From IMG/VR virus record IMGVR_UViG_3300006921_000001: a stretch of 64,000 nt of DNA. The stretch is one strand, 5' to 3'. The notes below the pieces were generated by a model. It had not been told where the DNA came from and did no database searches. It saw only the letters and a list, made by a program, of their open reading frames with translations. Shown in pieces: positions 8,683-17,792 of the stretch (positions are counted from its first letter, which is position 1; each line of letters opens with the position of its first letter). This DNA is from an uncultured virus (IMG/VR IMGVR_UViG_3300006921_000001). Taxonomy: Duplodnaviria > Heunggongvirae > Uroviricota > Caudoviricetes. Both the position numbers and the translations under genes were made by a program.

Positions 8683-10765
8683 TAGGTGGATGCCAAAATA
8701 TAATCACTGTAGGGTCTTATATCTTACCGCCAAAGAAGACCCAAAAACCTATGGTGGTGAATGGGCAGAACTTATTTCTGAACTACAAACGAGTATGGAA
8801 GATGACGAACATCTTAAATCATACGTTGAACTACGAATACCACTTACTCGACTTAATCAAGCAAGGAATGTTACATCATCCCATGCAAAATTAGTTCTAG
8901 ACGTGCTACGTGAAATTGCCACATCTAGCCCTATATCAAAAGAAGACCAAACTAAACTAAACACTTTTATTATGCCAAATAAACCTATGTATAGAATATT
9001 CGAGATTGATGACCTTAAAGAACTTAAGGGGTTTACAGGTGAGTGGATTGTTCAAGAAAAATTTGATGGTCTTCGTATTCAGATTCACAAACTTAAAACT
9101 GTAAAAATATTTTCATTTAATGGTAGAGATATTACAGATAAGTTCCCAAAACAAGTAAAAAGATTAGAGCAAGATGTGTTTCCAAAATGTATATTAGATG
9201 CGGAAGCCGTTCTTTACAAAGATAACGAACCCCTACATAGAGCAGACACAATTGCTTATATTAACAAAAAAGATGCTAAGGCAGATATCAAAGTTCACGT
9301 ATTCGATATTCTTCGCCATCAAGGTGAAGATATTTATGCTAAGAAGTTAGAGGAAAGAATTATGACTCTCTTTAAAGAATATTCTGCACTAAGCGACGAC
9401 CAAATACAATTCCCATCTAAACGCGATACGCGCTCTGCAGATTCATACGAAGAGATAGAAGATTACGCAAAGGAGATAATGCAAAATCCAACATCAGAAG
9501 GAGTAGTTATTAAAGATAGTAAGTCATCATATGTTATTGGTAAGAAGAAAAATCCTAAGTGGGTTAAATGGAAAAAATTCATAGATTTAGATTTAATGGT
9601 ATTAGAAGTTAGAGAAAATAAAAATGGGACTTATAGTTACACATTAGGTGCTGGACCTATGGATGACGATGATGAATATAAACCAGTTGTAGAACATGAG
9701 GGTAAAAAATACCTTAACGTTGGAAAGGCTCTAAATACAAAAGAAAAGGTAGAAGTTGGAGATATTATTAGAGTTAAGGTTGACGAAGTTCAAGCAAATA
9801 AAAAGGGATTTTCTATCTACTCTGCCAAATTTGTCGAGATACCTGAAGTAACAGAAGCGGAAAGAATTATTACCTTAAAGTTCCTTTCAGAAGATAACAA
9901 AAAAAGATTATCAGATTATACTATTGAAGCACTAACTAAATCATATGTAATTACAGATAACATACATGGGTCTGCAATTATTAAAGGTGAACTATCTATG
10001 GAAGGTTTTATCGTTCACGGGTTTGAAGAAAATAACCTCATGGCAAAAAATGCTACTATTGATATAGAACTTTGGAAGGAGGAACTAGGTAATAAGTATC
10101 TAAAGGATAGTGCTGTTTTAATGACATTGGTTAGTAATATGACTCAAGAAGATACCAAAGTATCTGTAAAAGAAATAATCTCCCGTGCTGAAAATATGAA
10201 TAATATACTTAGTAGATTATTTAAGGGTAAGGGTGAAAAGTTAGAAGAAGAAGTTACTGCCTTTTTACGTGAGCGTGGTAATGCTTATGGTATTCTGTAT
10301 GATAAACCTGCTCGTCTTTTTTATAATGATGATAAAATAGAATTAAAAGAAGAACCTACCACGTTTGAATTATGGCGAAGAAAGGACAAAGACCTTAATT
10401 TTGTAATAAAGCACAAAGGAAAAGAAATGGTTTGGCGAATAGAACAAAGTGAAGACATAGATATGTATAATTTGTTTGGTAAGGCGGATAAATTTTTAGC
10501 ACAAATAGATACTGATGCGGATAAAGTAAAATTATTATCTAAAGGTGGTGCAGTAATTGGTAGTCAAAGAAATGGTTATCACGAATACATAATTGATTCA
10601 AAAATGTATGATGGTAAGATACACTATCGGGTCGTACCATTTAAAGATAAGAATAAGTGGATAGTATGGACAGGTTATAAAACCAAGCCCACAGATAAGA
10701 CAAGCGATGAAGGACTTGTAAATATCTACGACGATAAGTATAAAAAACTCAAGTTTTCCGATTAA
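8666..10765 (+). CDS. lig: ATP-dependent DNA ligase embedded in head module, with long C-terminal extension
   Basis: Motif I EKFDGLR, III ILDAEAV, IIIa VFDIL, IV SEGVVIK, V WVKWK, then OB fold; start may be ATG 8690. Confidence 0.9.
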   Translation: MFLLVNRWMPKYNHCRVLYLTAKEDPKTYGGEWAELISELQTSMEDDEHLKSYVELRIPLTRLNQARNVTSSHAKLVLDVLREIATSSPISKEDQTKLNTFIMPNKPMYRIFEIDDLKELKGFTGEWIVQEKFDGLRIQIHKLKTVKIFSFNGRDITDKFPKQVKRLEQDVFPKCILDAEAVLYKDNEPLHRADTIAYINKKDAKADIKVHVFDILRHQGEDIYAKKLEERIMTLFKEYSALSDDQIQFPSKRDTRSADSYEEIEDYAKEIMQNPTSEGVVIKDSKSSYVIGKKKNPKWVKWKKFIDLDLMVLEVRENKNGTYSYTLGAGPMDDDDEYKPVVEHEGKKYLNVGKALNTKEKVEVGDIIRVKVDEVQANKKGFSIYSAKFVEIPEVTEAERIITLKFLSEDNKKRLSDYTIEALTKSYVITDNIHGSAIIKGELSMEGFIVHGFEENNLMAKNATIDIELWKEELGNKYLKDSAVLMTLVSNMTQEDTKVSVKEIISRAENMNNILSRLFKGKGEKLEEEVTAFLRERGNAYGILYDKPARLFYNDDKIELKEEPTTFELWRRKDKDLNFVIKHKGKEMVWRIEQSEDIDMYNLFGKADKFLAQIDTDADKVKLLSKGGAVIGSQRNGYHEYIIDSKMYDGKIHYRVVPFKDKNKWIVWTGYKTKPTDKTSDEGLVNIYDDKYKKLKFSD

Positions 10766-10766
10766 C

Positions 10767-10797
10767 TTTATATAGTATAGTGGATTAACCTCTGAGT
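10767..10797 (+). promoter_or_regulatory. archaeal TATA-box promoter, probably leaderless transcript of capsid operon
   Basis: TTTATATA at 10767-10774, ATG at 10798, no RBS between. Confidence 0.7.
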
Positions 10798-12048
10798 ATG
10801 GCGTTAAGCACAAATATGCTAGGAGCGCATTTTGGAGCCGGAAGTGAACTGGTTATTCTAAAGGGTAGTAGAAACGAACCTTTAGTAATTGCTGGCTACG
10901 CATCAGTAGATGTAGTAGATAAGCAGAATGACCTAATTACGTTAGATGCACTTAAGGAAGCATCTGATAAGTTCATGAAAGGTGATTATAAAAATGTTAT
11001 GATAACGCATTCCAATGTGCAGGTAGGAGAAGTGATTGATAATTGGACGGACTCAAAAGGAAATGTATTAAAAACACAAGTTGATGATACAGGACTTTTT
11101 GTAGTTATTAAACTTAGAGAAGATATTGAGAAAGCAAGAGAAGTAGGACGTGAGATTCGTAGGGGAAATCTACGTTCTTTTAGTATCGGAGGTCAAGCCC
11201 TTCACAAGTCGAATAGATACGACCCCGATGTTGGAACATATAAGGAGATAGATAAGTTGGAGTTACACGAAGTAACGATTTGTGAAGAAGGCATAAACCC
11301 CGAAGCGAAATTCGATATTGTTAAAGAACATAAAAGAGATGATAAAATGTCAGAAGAAATTGCAAAAGCATTAGAAGAATTTAACGACGTTGTAGCAGCA
11401 TTGCGCAACCAAGTTGATATTAAGAAAGATGATTCAATGGACGAGGAAAACATGGAACCTATGATGGAAACAGATGAGGAACTCATGGAAGCCCCGGTAG
11501 AGAATCTTATGGATAAGGCTGAAGAAGATGACGAAGAGATGTTAGACGACGAGGAAAATAAGGCTGAGTCCGTAGTATACGGACACAACGAAACTGGTCA
11601 GTCCCGCATTGATGGTGCATTAACTGGACGCTACAGTGGCGAATTTAAGAATTTCGTCACACGAAAGTCCGAGAGTATTAACTCATTGGACTTAAGCGAG
11701 GAAACCCTCGCAAAGGCTTACGAGCAGTTTAAGTTAGAAAAGGAAGAGGCCCGCGCTTATGATGTAATCAAGGAGCAGTTTGAAAACCTTTACGAGCAAG
11801 AACTAAAGTCAGAAGCAGAAGATATTGCTAAGGCAAATTACGACGCTGCTGCTGAAGTCGCTGCACTCAAGAATGAGTTCGCAGAACTTCGCAAGTCATT
11901 AGAAAGTAATAACAATGTTATTGCAAAGCAGGTTCAGAGCGTTGCTGCTGGACCACAGTTAAGTGAGGAAATGCTCTTAAAGATGCAAAACATTGGAGAA
12001 CTATCGTGGGAAGAGGTTAACGCCCTAGCCCGCGAACTACAGGAGTGA
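10798..12048 (+). CDS. prohead protease (HK97-type) fused to acidic scaffold domain
   Basis: IAGYASVDVVDKQND, MITHS, LRSFSIGG, LHEVTICEEGINPEAKF; acidic coiled-coil C-terminal half; directly upstream of MCP. Confidence 0.92.
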   Translation: MALSTNMLGAHFGAGSELVILKGSRNEPLVIAGYASVDVVDKQNDLITLDALKEASDKFMKGDYKNVMITHSNVQVGEVIDNWTDSKGNVLKTQVDDTGLFVVIKLREDIEKAREVGREIRRGNLRSFSIGGQALHKSNRYDPDVGTYKEIDKLELHEVTICEEGINPEAKFDIVKEHKRDDKMSEEIAKALEEFNDVVAALRNQVDIKKDDSMDEENMEPMMETDEELMEAPVENLMDKAEEDDEEMLDDEENKAESVVYGHNETGQSRIDGALTGRYSGEFKNFVTRKSESINSLDLSEETLAKAYEQFKLEKEEARAYDVIKEQFENLYEQELKSEAEDIAKANYDAAAEVAALKNEFAELRKSLESNNNVIAKQVQSVAAGPQLSEEMLLKMQNIGELSWEEVNALARELQE

Positions 12049-12053
12049 TATAA

Positions 12054-13352
12054 ATGAGTGTAAACACAATTAGAACAATTCAGGATTTAGAACGAGCAAC
12101 CTACGGTAGTATGGGTGGAATGCAGTTACTAAAGGGAGCAGGAGCAGAATCAGGTATTCACTCCGCTCACGATGTAACTCTTCAATCTGCATTTAACGGT
12201 AGTGGGCTTTACAACCATATTTACGGACAGAAAGTTTGGTCAATGCTTAACCGCGAAATTAACGCATTAAGTATTTTACCTAAGAAACCTTGGTCTTCCT
12301 CCGGTTGGCGCATCTTAAAGGAGCGAGCAATTGGTGGCGGAGCAGATGTTTGGGCTACGACTGGTGGAACTGGTCACGGTTCTCTAACAGAAGGAGCAAT
12401 TGGTGGTGTAGCAGAAAATGCAGCATTTACAACAAGTGCAACAGATGGACTAAGTCCATTGAAGCCAGTTTATGATGTACTATATGCTAGCCCAAAAACC
12501 ATTGCACATCAGTTCGAGATTTCCGAACTTGCTGCTGCTATGGCAAAGATTGACGATGGAATTGGCGATATTATGTCTGCTTACCGTGAAGAAATTGGTG
12601 TTTCTCACGCAGAAGTCATGAATCATATGGCTCTAATGCCACTTGAATCCCAATTTAGTGGTGCTACACCATTAAGCGGAATTGCTAACAACCTAACTTC
12701 TTTGTATAAGATTGTATCTTCATATGATGAAGTTAACGCTATGGACGGTGGAGTAATTATCACTGGTACACAAACTGCTGCTGAAGAATTAGTACGTCTT
12801 TATGGTCATGACCGCGCCGCTTCTGGTGCTGATTGGCTAAACGCATATGTTGACTACGGTTCTTCATATGCTGCACGACGACCATTAACTCTTAACTTGT
12901 TAAACACAGCATTACGCGAGTTGCAGATTCGTGGCGGTTCACCAAAGGTTATCCTAACAGGATATGATACAATTCAGGCCCTCGGTGAATTACTACAATC
13001 TCAAGAACGATTTATGGGACGAACAGAAATTGTTCCTACTCATAACGGTGTTCGCGGTGTAAAGGGACGAGAACTTGGATTCAAGGTTGCAACATACCAT
13101 GATATTCCAATTATCCCAACAAAGGAAATGGGAAGTACTGGCTCAGGAACTGGTCTATCAGATATACTTATCTTAGATACAGACCATATTTTCCTATGCA
13201 CTCTAAAACCAACCGAATATTTCGAGGGCGGTATTGACGCTGGCGACCCATTCGGTGTAGGCAAACTTGGAAACCGAGGGCTTTACCGAACAATTGGTGA
13301 AGTCGTCTGTACTTTCTTCAAGGGTCAAGGTAAGATTACTAACCTTTCGTGA
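12054..13352 (+). CDS. major capsid protein (HK97 fold)
   Basis: 432 aa after protease; YGQKVWSMLN, LPKKPWSSSGWR, LILDTD typical of archaeal tailed-virus capsids; QLLK-G probable maturation site. Confidence 0.9.
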   Translation: MSVNTIRTIQDLERATYGSMGGMQLLKGAGAESGIHSAHDVTLQSAFNGSGLYNHIYGQKVWSMLNREINALSILPKKPWSSSGWRILKERAIGGGADVWATTGGTGHGSLTEGAIGGVAENAAFTTSATDGLSPLKPVYDVLYASPKTIAHQFEISELAAAMAKIDDGIGDIMSAYREEIGVSHAEVMNHMALMPLESQFSGATPLSGIANNLTSLYKIVSSYDEVNAMDGGVIITGTQTAAEELVRLYGHDRAASGADWLNAYVDYGSSYAARRPLTLNLLNTALRELQIRGGSPKVILTGYDTIQALGELLQSQERFMGRTEIVPTHNGVRGVKGRELGFKVATYHDIPIIPTKEMGSTGSGTGLSDILILDTDHIFLCTLKPTEYFEGGIDAGDPFGVGKLGNRGLYRTIGEVVCTFFKGQGKITNLS

Positions 13353-13364
13353 GTGTGATATAAG

Positions 13365-13730
13365 ATGACACATACAGTAACACTAATTAGTGACCATTTA
13401 GGCTCGACTCGTCCTAGAGTTATGGGTAGTGAATATGTTGTAGATGCTAGTATTGATATTACTTCATATACCGCTAACGGGGAAACAATTACTGCCTCTA
13501 GTTTAGGCTTAAGTGAAATTTCTTGTGTAGTAGTATCTGGTATTTCAGTAGATACTATTTCTGGTGGATATGCTGTATCTATGATTAGTGCAGAAGTAGC
13601 ATCTGGAGCAACCGATGGTGGTAAATACCAAACGGGTGCAAACAGAAATGAGTTTCAAATTCATGCTGCTGCTGCATCTAATACTGATAACATTGGCGAA
13701 ATTAGAGTAAGAGTTTGGGGACTACTTTGA
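13365..13730 (+). CDS. probable minor capsid/decoration protein
   Basis: Beta-rich 121 aa directly after MCP (SYTANGE ... IRVRVWG). Confidence 0.55.
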   Translation: MTHTVTLISDHLGSTRPRVMGSEYVVDASIDITSYTANGETITASSLGLSEISCVVVSGISVDTISGGYAVSMISAEVASGATDGGKYQTGANRNEFQIHAAAASNTDNIGEIRVRVWGLL

Positions 13731-13740
13731 GGTGAATAAG

Positions 13741-14112
13741 ATGGTTCGAGTACGATACTTAAATGGATTTTGTCGCGTATATGGTAAAGAATTTTACCCT
13801 AATATGTGGACAGAAGTACCGGACGATTGGCTGCCTAGATTAAGTAATGATGCAGGTTGGGAAATTGAAGGAGAAACAACAGAAGAAACAACAGAAGAAA
13901 CAACTGAATTAGTTGAAGAAACTGTTGAAGAAACTGTTGAAGAAACTCTTGTGGTGGAGGAAGAAGAATCTTCCGATGAAGCCCAAGAGGAACCTTCACT
14001 ATCAATGACCAAAAAAGAATTACAAGGTCTATGTGACGAAAAAGGACTTGAGTATTCTAAGTTAGATACTAAGTCCACACTTCTAGGTTTATTATCCGGT
14101 GAAGAAGAATAA
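13741..14112 (+). CDS. acidic protein with C-terminal SAP/HeH-like DNA-binding motif
   Basis: GAGGTGA RBS before ATG 13741; MTKKELQGLCDEKGLEYSKLDTKSTLLGLL; ETTE/ETVE repeats. Confidence 0.7.
   Translation: MVRVRYLNGFCRVYGKEFYPNMWTEVPDDWLPRLSNDAGWEIEGETTEETTEETTELVEETVEETVEETLVVEEEESSDEAQEEPSLSMTKKELQGLCDEKGLEYSKLDTKSTLLGLLSGEEE
13872..13947 (+). repeat. 12-bp in-frame tandem repeats (GAAGAAACAACA / GAAGAAACTGTT)
   Basis: Directly visible; encode EETT/EETV linker. Confidence 0.75.
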
Positions 14113-14121
14113 TTATTATGT

Positions 14122-14172
14122 CCGCTATCCGCAAATCTACACTAAGTTTATAAGTAGGTTTGCGGGTAGTGG
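14122..14172 (+). promoter_or_regulatory. 19-bp RNA hairpin with TATA-like box in its loop
   Basis: CCGCTATCCGCAAATCTAC pairs with GTAGGTTTGCGGGTAGTGG with three G-U pairs and no other mismatch; loop ACTAAGTTTATAA. Confidence 0.75.
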
Positions 14173-14190
14173 TATTAAGTCGGTGACTAT

Positions 14191-14796
14191 ATGCCTAGAA
14201 CAAGAAGCATTAGATGTACTGAAAACACAAATGTTATTCAGCAATTAGAAAAGATACGTGATGGTAATGTTACCACGCACGAAAACCCCTGTATGTTTAG
14301 GGGATTATTAATAGTTAGTACTAACTCTGGAGCAGATGTTGGTGCTAATTTTAGTATTTATGAAAATAATATTGGTAGTGGATTTACTGTCCCTGCCGCT
14401 GTTGCTGTTTCAGCATCGAATAAAACAATTACTTTATCTAGTGGTTCATGGTTAAATCGCGGCTTACGCGTTGGTATGGTTATTACTATTTCTGGTTCCG
14501 ATGAATCAGGTAATGATGGTGATAAAACAATTACCGCTTTAACCGACACTGTAATTACTGTATCGGAATCAATGGCTGATGATGCCTCAGATACAGGTAT
14601 GGTAATTGATATTAAAGGTGGAGATACTGTTGGATTAGTCGCAAAGTTCGCATATAAGAGTATGGGTTCTAGCGGTGGAGCCGGTGGAAATGACCCTACT
14701 GAATTATACGAATTTAGTGGTATTCTTTGTCGTGGTGGACTCCGAATTGAATCAAGTTCTTGGAGTAATTTAGAGGCTTACATTCTTGTGGAGTGA
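14191..14796 (+). CDS. virion structural protein with small beta-barrel module
   Basis: Contains GLRVGMVITISGS..NDG..TIT module shared with ORFs at 25048 and 27188. Confidence 0.7.
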   Translation: MPRTRSIRCTENTNVIQQLEKIRDGNVTTHENPCMFRGLLIVSTNSGADVGANFSIYENNIGSGFTVPAAVAVSASNKTITLSSGSWLNRGLRVGMVITISGSDESGNDGDKTITALTDTVITVSESMADDASDTGMVIDIKGGDTVGLVAKFAYKSMGSSGGAGGNDPTELYEFSGILCRGGLRIESSSWSNLEAYILVE

Positions 14797-17792
14797 GCCA
14801 CTTGACTTCTGTTCTTGCATTTAAGGACTATACTGCAATCGGTGCAGAAACAAAGTATACCCAAGAAATTGCTATAAATTTATTAAATAAATATATTTTT
14901 CCAAGTACTGCTTATGAGGGCGAAATAAATAATGTACAAAATCCTAGTAGAGTAGTAGAGGACGCTTCAAGAATTGCACAAATTAAAGGCGTGAAGCGTG
15001 GATTAATTAGTTGGTTATTTTCTCATGAAGATGATGCCGAACAATATATTCCTAACTTTAACGAACAAGAGTTTGATAATATTAATAGAGATGCGTTTAA
15101 TAGTATTTTAGACATGAACATGCAGGACTTTTTACGTGGTGTCGAAGGAACTACAGTAGAAGCCTTAACTCAAAGTATTGATAATCTTGATGTAGCGGCA
15201 GTTGGTGCTGATAAATTTAAAGCAATCGCAGATGCAGTTAAAGATGGTAAATTTTTCAATACAAATATTACGTTACGAGATATTAAAAATAAAACGGCAG
15301 TAAGCGAACAATTTTATAAATTAACACCTACTACTGTAGATGACCCCCTCTTTCAACAATATTTACAAATGACCGAAGATACACAATATGCTACTGCTAG
15401 TTCAGCAAAAGAAGGCACAAAAAAGGGCTATCTTAATATCAATAAAATGCTAGAAGTCGCAAAAAGATGGGCTCATGTTATTTCATCAAGAGAATTTACT
15501 AAAATTTTAAATGGTGTAGAATCTAATACAACCGATGAAGAACTAGAAGAATATAGAAGGCAGGGAGTGGATATAAAGTGGGAAGGTCTTAATTCACCTG
15601 AAGATATTATTGCACTTATGAAAAAAGGAGAAGATACACCTTGGCAGATAATCTTGGCTAATTTTTTGGCACGTAGTATTGTAGATAAAAGTAGACCAGA
15701 CCATATATCATATAACTACGAATTATTTTACCCATTATCTGTGTTTGATGAATTTTCAAAAATGGATGAACTGTTAGATGAAATTAAATCTGAATCTCTA
15801 GATAAATTAAAAAAATTTATGGTTAAAAACACATATGATTTTTCCTTTGACGTAGAGGACTTTGAAAAAGATTTAACATTTAATAATAACTTCAGTGATG
15901 GGGATGACTTAAATAAATTTTTAAACGTCTGCCATGTTATAGAACTAGTTAATGAACACGATAATAAAAAACTAAAAGGTTTAGATGCAGTAAATAAATT
16001 AGCATCAGAAATCGCAGAGGAGGTTTTAGAACAACTTTCTGGTGGTAAAATAATAGTGACACAATCTACTACTAAACAGGTAGATGTAGAGTTAGACGGT
16101 AAAAATTTACCATTAAGAATATTAGAGGGGACAAACCCCATATCTATAAATGACATGGAAGATTTACTAGGTGAGACAGAATACACTAAAGATACAATAA
16201 ATATGTTAGATGGAAAACAGGATGATGCTAGTATTATTGAAATATTTGATAAAATAACAAGTAAAAAGAAAACCGATAAAGGAATTGCATTCTCGAAAGC
16301 GATAGTATATACTAGTACTTCTGAGAAAGATACTGTAGAACTATCACTAAATATTAACTTAGATTTGTCTAAAAAATCACCAATTCCTGACGCAGCAAAA
16401 AGTATGACTAAAACTAGAAAACCTAACATACAAAAATTTAATAACGAGTTAAATTTACAAAAATACGCTGAAGTAAATACAGATAATACAGAACCAGCCA
16501 AATTATCAGTCGATGAACAGTTACTTAATATTGCTGAAAAGGCTTTAGACACTTTACAGGATTTTGGAAAAACACATAGAATGTTATCTATAATTAAAGG
16601 TAATGATGTTCAGAAAATACTAAGGCAGACCCAAATAAAATCTGTTATTAGTATTTTAAATTCTGTTATCAATTCGGCTAGTGATGAGGTAAAGGGACAA
16701 TATTCTGAAAGATTATCTAATATTACGAATGTTATTGTAAAAGATGATTTACAATACGATGAATTAATGACTGTTATAGAACCAATGTATACTTTAATAA
16801 CTGATATAACCCAACAATTAGAGCCTAGTGATGATGAATTAATGCCTGAAACTTCAGATATGTCCGACGAAGAATATGAAGAGTGGGCGGAAAGGAAAAA
16901 GAAAGATTTGCAGGAATTGGAAGATGAAGAATCCGATGAAGAAGAGGGGGTCGTACAAGACGACACATTATCCCCAGAGGTATTTTTAGAACTTGAAGGT
17001 GAAATAAAAGACCCTGATGATATTGGTACCATAGCCCATTTACGTAAAATTACTCAATCAGATAATGTAGACGATGTATATAGAGAGAAATTAGATTTTC
17101 TTAACGAATTTGGAAGAAGCGAAGACAATATTAATGCCATAAAAAGTTTAACAGATGAAAAAGAGAAACTAAAAGGGGATGATGAGAAGAAGGTACAACT
17201 ATTAAATGTTAATGCCGAATATAATCTACGTACTATCTTACAACAATTAATGCAGGTTGACGAAGAGGCCAGTGTTCCGTTTATAAACAGCCTAATTACA
17301 AAAGCAAAAAAATCAATCAGTAGTTTTAAAAAGACGAAGGGTATAGAAAGTACAATGGGTAGTAGTTATAAGTTACTAAAGGGCTATAATATTAAACAAA
17401 TGGTTATTGATATTCTTACACGTTCAAGTGGTTTTAATACCGTAGATATTGCGGACTTATCAGGGACAATAAAACTCACTTTTATATTTAATAAATCATA
17501 TGGGAGTCAACAAAGGTTTGGTAACAAACTTAAGTCCTTTACTAAATTACAATACTCGCAGAAAAAACGAGTTGAATCGACAAGCGGTAAAGTTGATTTT
17601 ACTGTGGTCCCTCTACACGGTAAAAACTATACAATGAGAAGTGTATTAACGCAGCAAGATACTGCTAGGGTTTCTGTTGGAGATAAGAGAAAAGGTGAAA
17701 TATATGACTTCTTTAAGGTAAGGATTTATAATGAACTTTACTCTAACATTAACGAGTTAGATAGATTACTTAAGCGGGTGGAAGCAGAATGA
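14793..17792 (+). CDS. large hypothetical protein (999 aa), possible internal/ejection protein
   Basis: Long AT-rich ORF, GTGA/ATGA-coupled on both sides; helical with acidic tract; no catalytic motif seen. Confidence 0.7.
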   Translation: MSHLTSVLAFKDYTAIGAETKYTQEIAINLLNKYIFPSTAYEGEINNVQNPSRVVEDASRIAQIKGVKRGLISWLFSHEDDAEQYIPNFNEQEFDNINRDAFNSILDMNMQDFLRGVEGTTVEALTQSIDNLDVAAVGADKFKAIADAVKDGKFFNTNITLRDIKNKTAVSEQFYKLTPTTVDDPLFQQYLQMTEDTQYATASSAKEGTKKGYLNINKMLEVAKRWAHVISSREFTKILNGVESNTTDEELEEYRRQGVDIKWEGLNSPEDIIALMKKGEDTPWQIILANFLARSIVDKSRPDHISYNYELFYPLSVFDEFSKMDELLDEIKSESLDKLKKFMVKNTYDFSFDVEDFEKDLTFNNNFSDGDDLNKFLNVCHVIELVNEHDNKKLKGLDAVNKLASEIAEEVLEQLSGGKIIVTQSTTKQVDVELDGKNLPLRILEGTNPISINDMEDLLGETEYTKDTINMLDGKQDDASIIEIFDKITSKKKTDKGIAFSKAIVYTSTSEKDTVELSLNINLDLSKKSPIPDAAKSMTKTRKPNIQKFNNELNLQKYAEVNTDNTEPAKLSVDEQLLNIAEKALDTLQDFGKTHRMLSIIKGNDVQKILRQTQIKSVISILNSVINSASDEVKGQYSERLSNITNVIVKDDLQYDELMTVIEPMYTLITDITQQLEPSDDELMPETSDMSDEEYEEWAERKKKDLQELEDEESDEEEGVVQDDTLSPEVFLELEGEIKDPDDIGTIAHLRKITQSDNVDDVYREKLDFLNEFGRSEDNINAIKSLTDEKEKLKGDDEKKVQLLNVNAEYNLRTILQQLMQVDEEASVPFINSLITKAKKSISSFKKTKGIESTMGSSYKLLKGYNIKQMVIDILTRSSGFNTVDIADLSGTIKLTFIFNKSYGSQQRFGNKLKSFTKLQYSQKKRVESTSGKVDFTVVPLHGKNYTMRSVLTQQDTARVSVGDKRKGEIYDFFKVRIYNELYSNINELDRLLKRVEAE

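Noticed and set aside
15728..17032. Long minus-strand ORFs (274 and 140 aa)
   Set aside because: Antisense shadows of the 999-aa gene with Ser/Phe/Leu-rich composition; no RBS
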